The translations under genes and the position numbers were made by a program. Below are positions 1 to 9,186 of a stretch of 64,000 bases of DNA, one piece after another (position 1 is the stretch's first letter; the number at the start of each line of letters is the position of its first letter). The notes beneath the pieces were generated by a model. The model saw only the letters and a program-made list of their open reading frames with translations, ran no database searches and was not told the origin of the DNA. The DNA is from Treponemataceae bacterium (lineage in GTDB: Bacteria; Spirochaetota; Spirochaetia; Treponematales; Rectinemataceae): contig CAXXVZ010000003.1 in the NCBI GenBank assembly GCA_963678065.2, positions 736,001 to 800,000 of the forward strand, in the 5' to 3' direction.

Positions 1-75
1 CTACCGCGATGAGGCGATCCGTGATAAAATTCGGGAAGATTTTTTCTCCATCGTGGAATTCAAAAAGGCGGGACC

Positions 76-1053
76 ATGATACGCGATCAATGGTATGTCG
101 TCCTTGAATCGAAGGAGCTGGGAAAGACGACTCGCGGCGCTCTCAGGATGGGCGAGCGACTTCTCTTCTACCGGACCGAGAAGGGAAAAGCCGTCTGCCT
201 CGCGGACAAATGCGCCCACCGCGGCGTGGCCCTCTCCAAGGGCGAAATCAAGAACCACGACCGCATCATGTGCCCATTCCACGGCCTCGAGTACGACCCG
301 AGCGGCATGTGCCGCGTCATCCCGGCCAATGGCCGGAACGCGCCCGTACCGCCGAATTTCAGGGTACAGTCCTATCCCGTCCACGAGGAACACGGTTTCA
401 TCTGGATCTGGTGGGGAACCGAAGCGCCGTCCATCCTGGCCCCGCCCGCTTTTTTCGACGACATACCCGACGATCTGACCTACGCCTCGGCGCGCGATCC
501 TTGGAACGCCCACTACAGCCGAGTCATCGAGAATCAGCTCGACTGCGTCCACCTGCCCTTCGTGCACTACAACACGATCGGCCGGGGCAACAGGACTCTC
601 GTCAACGGCCCCGGGGTCGAGTGGAAGACGGACAGCAAATTCTTCATGTACGTGTACAACGAAATCGACACCGGTCAGAAGCCCAAGCGTCCCGACGAGG
701 TGCCCATCCCCTCCCCGAACAACTACAAGATCGAGTTCCAGTTCCCCAATCTCTGGGAAAACAGGATAGCCGACAAAGTCAGGGTTCTGGCAGCCTTCGT
801 GCCGGTAGACGAGGGACATACCCTCCTCTACCTCCGCTTCTACCAGGGCTTCGCCCGCCTGCCGCTCGTGCGCGACCTTGTCGCGAAGATGGCGATGCCT
901 TTCAACACCTATGTCGCCCACCAGGACAGACGCGTCGTCGAGACTCAAGTGCCCAAGGCTTCAGCGCTCAGGATGAACGAGAACCTCTTCCAGGGAGACA
1001 GGCCCATCATCGAGTACCGGAGGAAGCGCCAGGAGCTGATGGACCGAGCCTGA
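76..1053 (+). CDS. Rieske non-heme iron oxygenase alpha subunit (VanA/aromatic ring-hydroxylating family)
   Basis: Rieske ligands CAH...CPFH; mononuclear Fe motif ENQLDCVHLPFVH; N-terminal QWYVV; late QD carboxylate. Confidence 0.88.
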   Translation: MIRDQWYVVLESKELGKTTRGALRMGERLLFYRTEKGKAVCLADKCAHRGVALSKGEIKNHDRIMCPFHGLEYDPSGMCRVIPANGRNAPVPPNFRVQSYPVHEEHGFIWIWWGTEAPSILAPPAFFDDIPDDLTYASARDPWNAHYSRVIENQLDCVHLPFVHYNTIGRGNRTLVNGPGVEWKTDSKFFMYVYNEIDTGQKPKRPDEVPIPSPNNYKIEFQFPNLWENRIADKVRVLAAFVPVDEGHTLLYLRFYQGFARLPLVRDLVAKMAMPFNTYVAHQDRRVVETQVPKASALRMNENLFQGDRPIIEYRRKRQELMDRA

Positions 1054-1099
1054 GACGATTCCTGCCGGCGATGACGACGCCTGTCACCCTCTCAAAGAC

Positions 1100-2326
1100 C
1101 TATTCCAGCACGATGCGCATGACGCGCTTCTTTCCCGCCCGGAGCATGATGGCTCCCTCCGCCGCGAATGACAGGTCGACGATGGTCTTCTCGTCCTGGA
1201 TCTTCGTCTCGCCGACCGTCGCTCCGCCCTGCTGGACGAGCCTGCGCGCCTCTCCTTTCGAAGGGACGAGGCCGGAGAAGACGAAGAAGTCGAGGACGCC
1301 CATGCCTTTTTCCAGTTCGGCGCGCGCGATCGCTCTGGAGGGGATCTCGTTGATGTCGCCGCCCGAGCCGAAGGCTGCGTGGGCGGCCGCCATAGCCTTG
1401 TCCGCCTCCTTTCTGCCGTGGATGAGATTCGTGACCTCCCAGGCGAGACGTTCCTTGGCGGCGTTGATGGCCGCGTCTTTCGCGGCGCCGAGCGCCTTGC
1501 ACTCCTGTACCGAAAGGAATGTGAACATGAGGAGGAATTTCTCCACGTCGGAGTCGGAGATATTGCGCCAGTACTGGAAGAACTCGTAGGGGCTCGTTAT
1601 CGCGGGATCGAGGAAGAGTGCGCCCTTCTCTGTCTTGCCCATCTTCTTGCCGTCATTCGTCATGACGAGGGGGAAGGTCAGGCCAAAGGCTTCGGCCCCC
1701 TCGACTCTGCGTATCAGCTCCATGCCCGCGACGATGTTTCCCCACTGGTCGTCGCCGCCGATCTGGAGGCGGGTTCCGTGCCGTCTGTAGAGTTCGAGGA
1801 AATCGTAGCTCTGAAGGAGCTGGTAATTGAACTCGATGAAGGAGAGACCTGTCTCCATGCGCATCTTGTAGGCCTCGAAGGAGAGCATACGGTTGACCGA
1901 GAAGTGCCGGCCGATATCGCGGAGGAAATCGATGTAGTTCAGCTCTGCGAGCCAGTTCTTGTTGTTGTCCGTGTAGGCCGTCTTGCCGTCGAAGCCGATG
2001 AAGCGATCGAGCTGCTTCGAGATGGCGGCGGCGTTCGCGTCGAGATCCTCATAAGAGAGCATCTTCCGCATTTCGGACCTGCCCGAGGGATCGCCGATGC
2101 GCGCCGTCCCCGCGCCGATGAGGGCGATGCCGTGATGTCCTGCGGCTCTGAGGTGCCTGAAGGCGAAGAAGGGTACCATGTGACCGATGTGGAGGGAGGG
2201 GCCCGTCGGATCGCACCCGATATAGAAAGTCACGGGTCCCGCATCCATGAGGGCGGACAGTCCCTCGATGTCCGTGCATTGCTGGAGGAATCCCCGTTCT
2301 TTCAGTGTGGCGAGCGCAGCGTTCAT
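1100..2326 (-). CDS. tyrS: Tyrosine--tRNA ligase
   Basis: YIGCDPTGPSLHIGH (HIGH), QIGGDDQWGNI, KMGKT, C-terminal S4-like EARRLVQQGG. Confidence 0.97.
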   Translation of the reverse strand: MNAALATLKERGFLQQCTDIEGLSALMDAGPVTFYIGCDPTGPSLHIGHMVPFFAFRHLRAAGHHGIALIGAGTARIGDPSGRSEMRKMLSYEDLDANAAAISKQLDRFIGFDGKTAYTDNNKNWLAELNYIDFLRDIGRHFSVNRMLSFEAYKMRMETGLSFIEFNYQLLQSYDFLELYRRHGTRLQIGGDDQWGNIVAGMELIRRVEGAEAFGLTFPLVMTNDGKKMGKTEKGALFLDPAITSPYEFFQYWRNISDSDVEKFLLMFTFLSVQECKALGAAKDAAINAAKERLAWEVTNLIHGRKEADKAMAAAHAAFGSGGDINEIPSRAIARAELEKGMGVLDFFVFSGLVPSKGEARRLVQQGGATVGETKIQDEKTIVDLSFAAEGAIMLRAGKKRVMRIVLE

Positions 2327-2392
2327 GATACCTACTCCGTGCGAGCTGGGAGATGGCGGGAATCCGGAAGAATCCGACCCCGCAGTCCGGTC

Positions 2393-2421
2393 ATTATATA
2401 GACAGCCGTGTCGAGGCTCAA
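2393..2421 (-). promoter_or_regulatory. sigma70-type promoter for tyrS
   Basis: Minus strand TTGAGC-17 bp-TATAAT. Confidence 0.6.
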
Positions 2422-2539
2422 GCAGCGTATATTTTCCGATTCATGAGGTTTGTCGGGCTTTCATCGGTTTTTCTTGTTCGTGGCCCTGTCTGTAGACCGT
2501 TTAGGCCGGCAATGCGCCGCGGGCTGCGGCGATTTTCGC

Positions 2540-2568
2540 TTGCAGTCCCGAAGGATAGGGGGTAGACT
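2540..2568 (+). promoter_or_regulatory. sigma70-type promoter for HU gene
   Basis: TTGCAG-17 bp-TAGACT upstream of AAGGAG RBS. Confidence 0.5.
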
Positions 2569-2599
2569 ATCGGCACTGGTCCGAAAAAGGAGACAATCG

Positions 2600-2905
2600 A
2601 TGCCCACAGCAACACCGAAAGCCATGACAAAAGCCCAGATCATCGCCTATCTCGCGGAAAAAACCGAACTCTCCAAGAAACAGGTCGCAGCCTTCCTTGA
2701 CTCCTACAACGAACTCGCCTACAGGGAAGCGAAGAAGAACAAGAAGTTCACCCTCCCTGGCATCGGCATCCTCAAGCTCAGCAAGCGCAAGGCCAGAGCC
2801 GGCCGCAACCCCGCCACCGGGGAAGCCATCAAGATCCCGGCTCGCACTGCCGTGAAGATCACGGTGGCCAAGGTAGCCAAGGACGCCATCCTCGGCGCAA
2901 AGTAA
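2600..2905 (+). CDS. hup: HU family DNA-binding protein
   Basis: MTKAQIIAYLAEKTELSKK...RKARAGRNPATGEAIKIPA; AAGGAG RBS before ATG 2600. Confidence 0.93.
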   Translation: MPTATPKAMTKAQIIAYLAEKTELSKKQVAAFLDSYNELAYREAKKNKKFTLPGIGILKLSKRKARAGRNPATGEAIKIPARTAVKITVAKVAKDAILGAK

Positions 2906-2935
2906 GGGCCGGTCCTGAGGATACAGAGTGTTCCG

Positions 2936-2975
2936 CAGTCGCGATGACGGGCCATTCGTCCCGTCATCGCGACTG
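2936..2975. repeat. 16-bp perfect inverted repeat (hairpin) after hup, no U-tract
   Basis: CAGTCGCGATGACGGG-8 nt-CCCGTCATCGCGACTG, followed by TATAAT at 2978. Confidence 0.7.
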
Positions 2976-3007
2976 ACTATAATACTGGCGACGGAACACA
3001 CACATTC

Positions 3008-3967
3008 ATGCCTGCCTCTCCGTATTTTCTGACCCACCGCAACCCTTCTGTGCGGCTTCGCGCTCTTCGTGAATTGGTCGGTGCGCCTGCAGACTCCTTT
3101 GCCCTGCGCGAGGCCATGGCTGAGATTCCCTCGCAGCCCGAAGTGCGTGCTGTCATGGACGACATGTATCCCGACGGATATTGGTTGCAGAGGAATCCGC
3201 GCACGGGAAAAGAAACCGGCGCCGGAGTGGAATACGGAGCCTACGCGAGCACGCATTACCGACTCTCGTATCTGGCCGAACTCGGCATGGACCGCTCGGA
3301 CCCGCGTGTGGATCAGGCTGCCGGAAGGTATCTGGATCTTCAGGCGGAGGATGGGGATTTCTGGATGCACATGTCCTGCCTCCTCGGCCTGAATCTCCGA
3401 ACTTTCGCCATGCTCGGCTACGGCGACGATCCGCGCGTGACCGCATCGCTCTCCCTTCTGCTTTCGACCGAGAGACCGGATGGCGGCTACCTCTGCGACA
3501 TACACGAAAAGCCGGCCCGCGGGAAATCCGGAAGAGCCCTGAAACGCCCCAAAAGTTGCTTCCGCGGTTCCGTGAAAGCCCTCCTCGGCTTCTCCTATTA
3601 TCCGAAATTTCAAGACCATCCACGAGTGCAGGCCCTCACGGAGTATTTCCTTGAGCGGGGAGGCATTTTCCGGCGCGACGATCCATCGAGCCTCGTCACA
3701 AAGGATGTAGGCTCTCCTTCCTTTCCTGTCACGTGGAGCGCCGATCTCGTGCAGGTTCTGTACGCTCTCTCTCGACTCAGGCTGGGTGCGGATCCGCGAC
3801 TCGACCGAGCATGGAATCTTCTCGATTCCATGCGGGACAGCGAGGGTTTCCTGCCCTTATCCTGGACTCCCCGGCAATCGCCGTGGAAGGTCGGCAAGCC
3901 AGGCGAGCCCTCCGACTGGCTCACTCTGTATGCGGACATTGCGCGTGCTGACCGCGGCGCTTTATAA
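3008..3967 (+). CDS. Uncharacterised prenyltransferase/squalene-cyclase-like (alpha/alpha toroid) protein
   Basis: 319 aa with QxxDGxW-like repeats (YPDGYW, QAEDGDF, RPDGGY, DSEGFL) and C-terminal GEPSDWLTLYA. Confidence 0.6.
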   Translation: MPASPYFLTHRNPSVRLRALRELVGAPADSFALREAMAEIPSQPEVRAVMDDMYPDGYWLQRNPRTGKETGAGVEYGAYASTHYRLSYLAELGMDRSDPRVDQAAGRYLDLQAEDGDFWMHMSCLLGLNLRTFAMLGYGDDPRVTASLSLLLSTERPDGGYLCDIHEKPARGKSGRALKRPKSCFRGSVKALLGFSYYPKFQDHPRVQALTEYFLERGGIFRRDDPSSLVTKDVGSPSFPVTWSADLVQVLYALSRLRLGADPRLDRAWNLLDSMRDSEGFLPLSWTPRQSPWKVGKPGEPSDWLTLYADIARADRGAL

Positions 3968-3980
3968 ACAAAAAAATCGC

Positions 3981-4036
3981 TTGCTTTTTCCCGGATCCTG
4001 CTCGATACTGATGCTGTTGGCTGGTGGTTTTACCAC
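3981..4036 (+). promoter_or_regulatory. Promoter plus FadR-type operator of the GRE operon
   Basis: TTGCTT-17 bp-GATACT followed by palindrome GTGGT-TTT-ACCAC (4024-4036), matching the FadR-subfamily TGGT-N3-ACCA pattern. Confidence 0.7.
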
Positions 4037-4055
4037 GATATTTTTTTGGAGATAG

Positions 4056-4781
4056 ATGAACAACTACATAGAACCTGTCAGGGTCCAGAGCCTGAAGGAA
4101 GCCTGCGTCGCACGTCTGGAGGAGCTGATTCTCTCAGGTGGGCTCAAAATCGGCGAACGTCTGCCCCCCGAACGCGATTTCGCCGCCCGTATCGGTGTCA
4201 GCCGCCCCGTCCTTCACGAGGCGCTGGTGGACTTGGATGCCAAGGGATTGGTGCGGATTGTTCCCCGGCGAGGGGTATTCGTCAGCGATTACCGCCGCTC
4301 CGGCTCGATGACGATGCTATCCTCCCTGCTGGCCTACCACGACGGACAGCTCGACCCTGCCTTCACCCAGAGCCTGATCGACATGCGCCTGGTTGTCGAG
4401 ACGGAGACCGCCCGTCTCGCGGCGCAAAACCGGACCGGGGAGCAGCTGACCGAGTTCCGCACCCTGCTGGACGACGAACAGCGCGCCTCGTATTGTGACC
4501 CGCAGCTTCTGACCGATCTCGACTTTTCTTTCCACCTCTCGATCGCCATCGCCTCCGGCAATCTCGTCTATCCGCTCATGATCAATTCCTTCAGGGCTGT
4601 CTACACCAGCCTCACCGGTGAGTTCTTCCGCACGTATTGCGGGACGCCGGTGGTGGATACTGTCCGGCAGTTCCACGTCCAGATAGTCGACGCTCTCGAG
4701 CGGAAAGACTCCGAGGGCGCTGTCCGCACAATGAGCGCAATCCTCAAGCATGGAGAAGCGTATCTGCGAAGCGACAAATAG
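4056..4781 (+). CDS. FadR/GntR family transcriptional regulator
   Basis: GERLPPERDFAARIGVSRPVLHEAL wHTH; FCD domain DLDFSFHLSIAIASGN. Confidence 0.93.
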   Translation: MNNYIEPVRVQSLKEACVARLEELILSGGLKIGERLPPERDFAARIGVSRPVLHEALVDLDAKGLVRIVPRRGVFVSDYRRSGSMTMLSSLLAYHDGQLDPAFTQSLIDMRLVVETETARLAAQNRTGEQLTEFRTLLDDEQRASYCDPQLLTDLDFSFHLSIAIASGNLVYPLMINSFRAVYTSLTGEFFRTYCGTPVVDTVRQFHVQIVDALERKDSEGAVRTMSAILKHGEAYLRSDK

Positions 4782-4794
4782 GAGGCGAACAGCC

Positions 4795-7311
4795 ATGGCC
4801 ACCTGTACGAGTGAGAAACCCCGTTATTCCATCAAAGAGCCCGCCACTGTTTCCCCGCGCATCCAATGGTTGCGCGATTACTATTTCCAGGGTGTGAGAC
4901 GCGCCTGGAACAATGAGTACAGCGCCTGGACCACGGGCAGCCCCTGGGACTTCCAGTACAACGAACTATCGTTTTACATAGTCCCGGAAACCTACTCCTT
5001 CCTGCAGACCTTCCGCTCTTCGTTCAGCCAGATGGCCCGCCGGGTCGAGGTGCATCCGGAATTCTGGAAGTGGAGTCTCCCCGAACGGCGAGCCTGGTTC
5101 AACCGCGAAGTCATGGTGCGCCATCTGCCCAAGGAGATTCTTCCAGGCGACCTGTTGGCCGGAGCGCGTTTCAATGTCATGACCTCGGCCTGCCTCACGG
5201 AGAAGGAAACCCGGGAGCGCGATGGCAGGATCGAAGGTCCGCGAGGCGCGCGGGCGGCGATGCTCTGGTTCCACAACCACGGTTTCGGCAACGCCGGGGC
5301 CACTTCCGGCCACCTGATCCCCGATTACGGGCGCGTTGTCCGGGAAGGCTGGAAATCCATCCACGCCGAGATCGAAGCCGAGTACGCGGCGCTTCCGGAG
5401 CCAGATAAGCGTGGGAAAAGAGGCGGACAGCTGCGGGCGATGCTGACATCCTCCACCATGGCGAGGGATCTGGCCGCGGAGTATTCCAGGGAATGCCTCC
5501 GTCTCGCGCAGGGGCATCCCGATCCAGTCCGCAAAACCGAACTTCTCCAGATGGCCGACAATCTGGGCCGCGTGCCGTGGGAGCCGGCGCAGACGTTCTG
5601 GGAAGGTATCCAGTCGCTGTGGTTGACACACATGCTGGTCATGTCCGACGAGAATTACCCCGGCCCGGGCGACTCCTTCGGACGACTCGACCAATACCTG
5701 CACCCTGTCTGGGAAAAGTCCCTCCGCGAGGGCATGGACCCGGAGTTCGGCAAGGAAATCCTGAAATGCTTCTGGATCCACTGCAACACCGCATACGACG
5801 GCATGATCCGCACCGGCGGCAACCAGGGCATCACCGCCGGGTACGGGCAGCTGTTTACGATCTCCGGCATGGGCCCTGGCGGGAGCGACATGACCAACGA
5901 CTTCACGTATGTCCTCCTGGACGTGATCGACGGAATGTCGCCCATCCTCGAGCCGAAGCCCAACGTGCGGCTGCACCGCGCCTCGCCCGAGAAGCTGCTC
6001 GACCGGGTAGTGGAGATGATTGCCGCCAGCCAGGGCGCGCCTTTCCTGCTCAATTTCGACGAGCGCTCGATGGCCGGCCTGATGCTCGAGGCCAGACGTT
6101 CCGACGCAACCCATCTCATCGACGAAAACAACGTATTCGATTACGCTCCTGTGGGCTGCCTCGAGAACACGATGGTCGGCAACGACAGATCGGGCACCGT
6201 GGACGCCAATCTGAATCTCCTCAAGGCGGTCGAACTGACTCTGACTGGCGGCTACGATCTGGGTCCCTTCACCGATCCCTTGAGCGGAGCAACTGAAAAA
6301 CCACAACGTTGGGGCGCGGACACTGGCGACCCTTCCCGCTTCGAAACCTGGGAGCAGTTCTGGGACGCCTACGCCGCACAGACTTGCGCCATCATCCGCC
6401 GCATTGTGGACCTGTACGAACAGTCCGAGTCCATCCGGGCGCGCTTCTTTCCGACACCCTACGTCTCCTGCCTGGTGAGAGGTTGCGCCCAAAAGGGGCT
6501 GGATATCAACGAAGGCGGCGCCGAGCTCGGCTATGTCACGATCGAAGCCGTGACCTACGCCACCACGGTGGATTCCCTCCTCGCGGTCAAGTACCTGGTC
6601 TACGACGAAAAGTTCTGCACCATGCCGGAGATGCTGAAGGCGCTCGCGGACAACTGGGTCGGGCACGAAGTCCTGCAGGCCCGGGCCCTGCACAGAACGC
6701 CGAAATACGGGCGCGACGACGACCGGGCCGACGAGATGGGCCGCGCCGTGATGGGGCTTTGGACAGATGAAACCTGGAAGTACAGGACCAAGTCCACGGG
6801 CCGGCAGTTCCGCCCCGGCATGTTGTCCTGGAACTACTGGGTGGCCGATTCGTTCATTCTGCCCGCGAGCCCGGATGGACGTCCGCGGGGCAAGTTCCTG
6901 TCCAATGCCCTGTGCCCCTCGAACGGCGCGGACATCGCCGGTCCTACGGCGAATGTCAACTCGGTCGGCAAGGTGCTGGGCGGCAGGGTCGCCGACGGTT
7001 CAGGCGATTGGGGGGACTACGTGAACCTCCTGCCCAACGGAGGCAGCCACACGATGACCTTCAATCCATCCATCCTGCGCGATCCGGAGCACCGCGGGAA
7101 GTTCAAGGCTTTCCTGAAGGGGTACATCGAGAATGGAGGCTCGGCGCTTCAGATCAATATGATCGACGCCGACATGCTGCGGGATGCCCAGAAGCACCCG
7201 GAGGACTACCGGCATCTCCTGGTTCGCGTCACCGGCTACAACGCCTACTTCACGTCCATCGGACGCGAACTTCAGAATGAGATCATCGCCCGCGAGAGTC
7301 ACCGGATATGA
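4795..7311 (+). CDS. Glycyl radical enzyme (PFL superfamily), substrate unknown
   Basis: Gly loop LLVRVTGYNAYF, single Cys loop VGCLE, FGRLDQYL, PKYGRDDDRAD, ASPDGR; GGAGG RBS before ATG 4795. Confidence 0.95.
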   Translation: MATCTSEKPRYSIKEPATVSPRIQWLRDYYFQGVRRAWNNEYSAWTTGSPWDFQYNELSFYIVPETYSFLQTFRSSFSQMARRVEVHPEFWKWSLPERRAWFNREVMVRHLPKEILPGDLLAGARFNVMTSACLTEKETRERDGRIEGPRGARAAMLWFHNHGFGNAGATSGHLIPDYGRVVREGWKSIHAEIEAEYAALPEPDKRGKRGGQLRAMLTSSTMARDLAAEYSRECLRLAQGHPDPVRKTELLQMADNLGRVPWEPAQTFWEGIQSLWLTHMLVMSDENYPGPGDSFGRLDQYLHPVWEKSLREGMDPEFGKEILKCFWIHCNTAYDGMIRTGGNQGITAGYGQLFTISGMGPGGSDMTNDFTYVLLDVIDGMSPILEPKPNVRLHRASPEKLLDRVVEMIAASQGAPFLLNFDERSMAGLMLEARRSDATHLIDENNVFDYAPVGCLENTMVGNDRSGTVDANLNLLKAVELTLTGGYDLGPFTDPLSGATEKPQRWGADTGDPSRFETWEQFWDAYAAQTCAIIRRIVDLYEQSESIRARFFPTPYVSCLVRGCAQKGLDINEGGAELGYVTIEAVTYATTVDSLLAVKYLVYDEKFCTMPEMLKALADNWVGHEVLQARALHRTPKYGRDDDRADEMGRAVMGLWTDETWKYRTKSTGRQFRPGMLSWNYWVADSFILPASPDGRPRGKFLSNALCPSNGADIAGPTANVNSVGKVLGGRVADGSGDWGDYVNLLPNGGSHTMTFNPSILRDPEHRGKFKAFLKGYIENGGSALQINMIDADMLRDAQKHPEDYRHLLVRVTGYNAYFTSIGRELQNEIIARESHRI

Positions 7312-8273
7312 AAATCGCGGGCCGCATCCTCCACCTCCAGCGTCTTTCCACCGAGGATGGCCCCGGCATACGCACCACGGTCTTCTTCAAGGGCTGCCCC
7401 CTGCGCTGCGCCTGGTGCCACAACCCGGAAAGCATCTCGCAGCGGCCTCAGGTCCAGTGGCTCGCCCTCCGCTGCATTGGCTGCGGGACCTGCCTGGAGG
7501 TCTGCCCGAACGGCTGCCTGACGATACGCGAGGATAGCCTCGTCATGGACCGCGCCCGCTGCGCCGCTTGCGGGACCTGCGTCGCCGCCTGTCCCTCCGG
7601 GGCCCTCGAGTCGCTGGGCAAGGTGGCAGACGTGGAGGAAGTGTTGGCCGAACTGGTCAAAGACCACGCCTACTACGAGAAATCCGGAGGGGGCGTGACT
7701 CTTTCAGGGGGCGAGCCGACATTCCAGCCGGATTTCGCCGAGGCGCTTCTTCGCGACCTGAAGGAGCAGGGCATTCCAACGGCCCTCGACACCTGCGGCA
7801 TGTGTTCGATCCACACTCTCGACAGGCTTCTGCCCTACACTGACCTTGTTCTGTTCGACGTCAAGCTGCTCGATCCGGCTCTCCATCAGAAAGCCACGGG
7901 TGCCTCCAACGAACAGATTCTGGAGAACCTGGCCTACCTCAGGGATTACATCCGGGGCCGGAAGCGTTCCATCGGCCTGTGGATACGCACTCCCCTCATC
8001 CCCGAAACGACCGATACCGAGGAAAACCTGTCTCTCATCGGCCGCTACCTGTTCGAGACTCTGGATGGCGATTTCGACCGCTGGGAACTCTGCGCTTTCA
8101 ACAACCTCTGCCGCGACAAGTACACTCGTCTCGGTCTCGAGTGGATGTATGCCAGGACCCCGCTCATGACGCGCGAGGCGCTGGCCCGCTGCGAACAGAT
8201 CGCTAAATCTTCCGGCCTCCGGCCGGAGCTCGTTCTGGCTACCGGCGCAACCCGGGTGGAGCAAACGCACTGA
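7308..8273 (+). CDS. Glycyl-radical enzyme activating protein (radical SAM with 2x[4Fe-4S] ferredoxin insert)
   Basis: EDGPGIRTTVFFKGCPLRCAWCHNPE, two CxxCxxCxxxCP motifs, GGGVTLSGGEP; ATGA overlap with GRE stop. Confidence 0.95.
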   Translation: MKIAGRILHLQRLSTEDGPGIRTTVFFKGCPLRCAWCHNPESISQRPQVQWLALRCIGCGTCLEVCPNGCLTIREDSLVMDRARCAACGTCVAACPSGALESLGKVADVEEVLAELVKDHAYYEKSGGGVTLSGGEPTFQPDFAEALLRDLKEQGIPTALDTCGMCSIHTLDRLLPYTDLVLFDVKLLDPALHQKATGASNEQILENLAYLRDYIRGRKRSIGLWIRTPLIPETTDTEENLSLIGRYLFETLDGDFDRWELCAFNNLCRDKYTRLGLEWMYARTPLMTREALARCEQIAKSSGLRPELVLATGATRVEQTH

Positions 8274-8289
8274 ACAGGAGTCGACCACG

Positions 8290-9153
8290 ATGAACAGACA
8301 GCTTCTGGCTACTTTTTCGGAAGAAGATATCCGGAGCACCCGACCAGAGATGAAAATCGGCATCCTGGCGACGGTCACGCCGGAAGGATTGCCGCACGTG
8401 ACGCTGCTCTCCTCGCTGATGGCCTATGCTCCGGCACAGTTGTGCTTTGGCCAGTTCGTCGAGGGAATGTCGAAGAAACACATTCTCCTCAACCCTAAAG
8501 CCGGCTTCCTCATCATGGATTTGAACAAAAACCTCTGGCGCGGCAAAGCCTCCTACACTCACTCTGCAAAAGAAGGCCCGGAATACGATCACTACAACAA
8601 CCTGCCCATGTTCCGCTACAACGCCTACTTCGGAGTCCACACTGTCCACTACATGGACCTTGTGGGGCACAGGGGCAAGTCTCCGCTGCCGATGAACCGG
8701 ATCATCTTCGCGGCTATCCAGACCTGGATTGCGCGCACGCTGGGACGCAAGGCAGGCAGACAACCCGCGCTCAATGCCTGGACGCGCGCCTTCGTGGACA
8801 GGATCGACAACCTGAAATTCCTGTCCTACGTGGATTCGGATGGCTACCCGGCGATCATCCCCGCCATCCAGACCCAGAGCCAGGACGCGCAGCATGTTCT
8901 GTTCTCCACCTCCGTCTACAAGGATGAATTGGAGGCCATTCCGCCAGGCATCCCGCTGGCGGTTTTCAGCATGGCGCTGACGATGGAAGACGTGCTTTTG
9001 CGCGGCACCTACCAGGGCATCCGCCGCGTGGGCGGGGTCAATGCCGGGGTAGTTGAAGTCGAGTGGGTCTACAACTCCATGCCGCCGGTTCCGGGACAGG
9101 TCTACCCGCCTGTGGAGTTGAGACCAGTGACATTTTCAGGCCTGAATGCGTAA
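8290..9153 (+). CDS. Tandem pyridoxamine-5'-phosphate-oxidase-like (FMN-binding split barrel) protein
   Basis: Two related units: GILATVTPEGLPHVT...KKHILLNPKAGF and KFLSYVDSDGYPAIIP; CAGGAG RBS; starts 16 bp after activase stop. Confidence 0.72.
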   Translation: MNRQLLATFSEEDIRSTRPEMKIGILATVTPEGLPHVTLLSSLMAYAPAQLCFGQFVEGMSKKHILLNPKAGFLIMDLNKNLWRGKASYTHSAKEGPEYDHYNNLPMFRYNAYFGVHTVHYMDLVGHRGKSPLPMNRIIFAAIQTWIARTLGRKAGRQPALNAWTRAFVDRIDNLKFLSYVDSDGYPAIIPAIQTQSQDAQHVLFSTSVYKDELEAIPPGIPLAVFSMALTMEDVLLRGTYQGIRRVGGVNAGVVEVEWVYNSMPPVPGQVYPPVELRPVTFSGLNA

Positions 9154-9186
9154 CCCATCAAGGCGCACATGACAGAGCCGCCCGCT

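Noticed and set aside
4966..6693. 575-aa antisense ORF and similar long shadow ORFs (32748-34745, 32795-34789, 36764-38620, 46339-47850, 27714-29045)
   Set aside because: They overlap well-supported genes, have no motifs, and are expected from high-GC codon bias.
4795..7311. Calling the GRE pyruvate formate-lyase or CutC/HypD
   Set aside because: Single Cys rather than CC, atypical loops and none of the usual partner genes; left unassigned.
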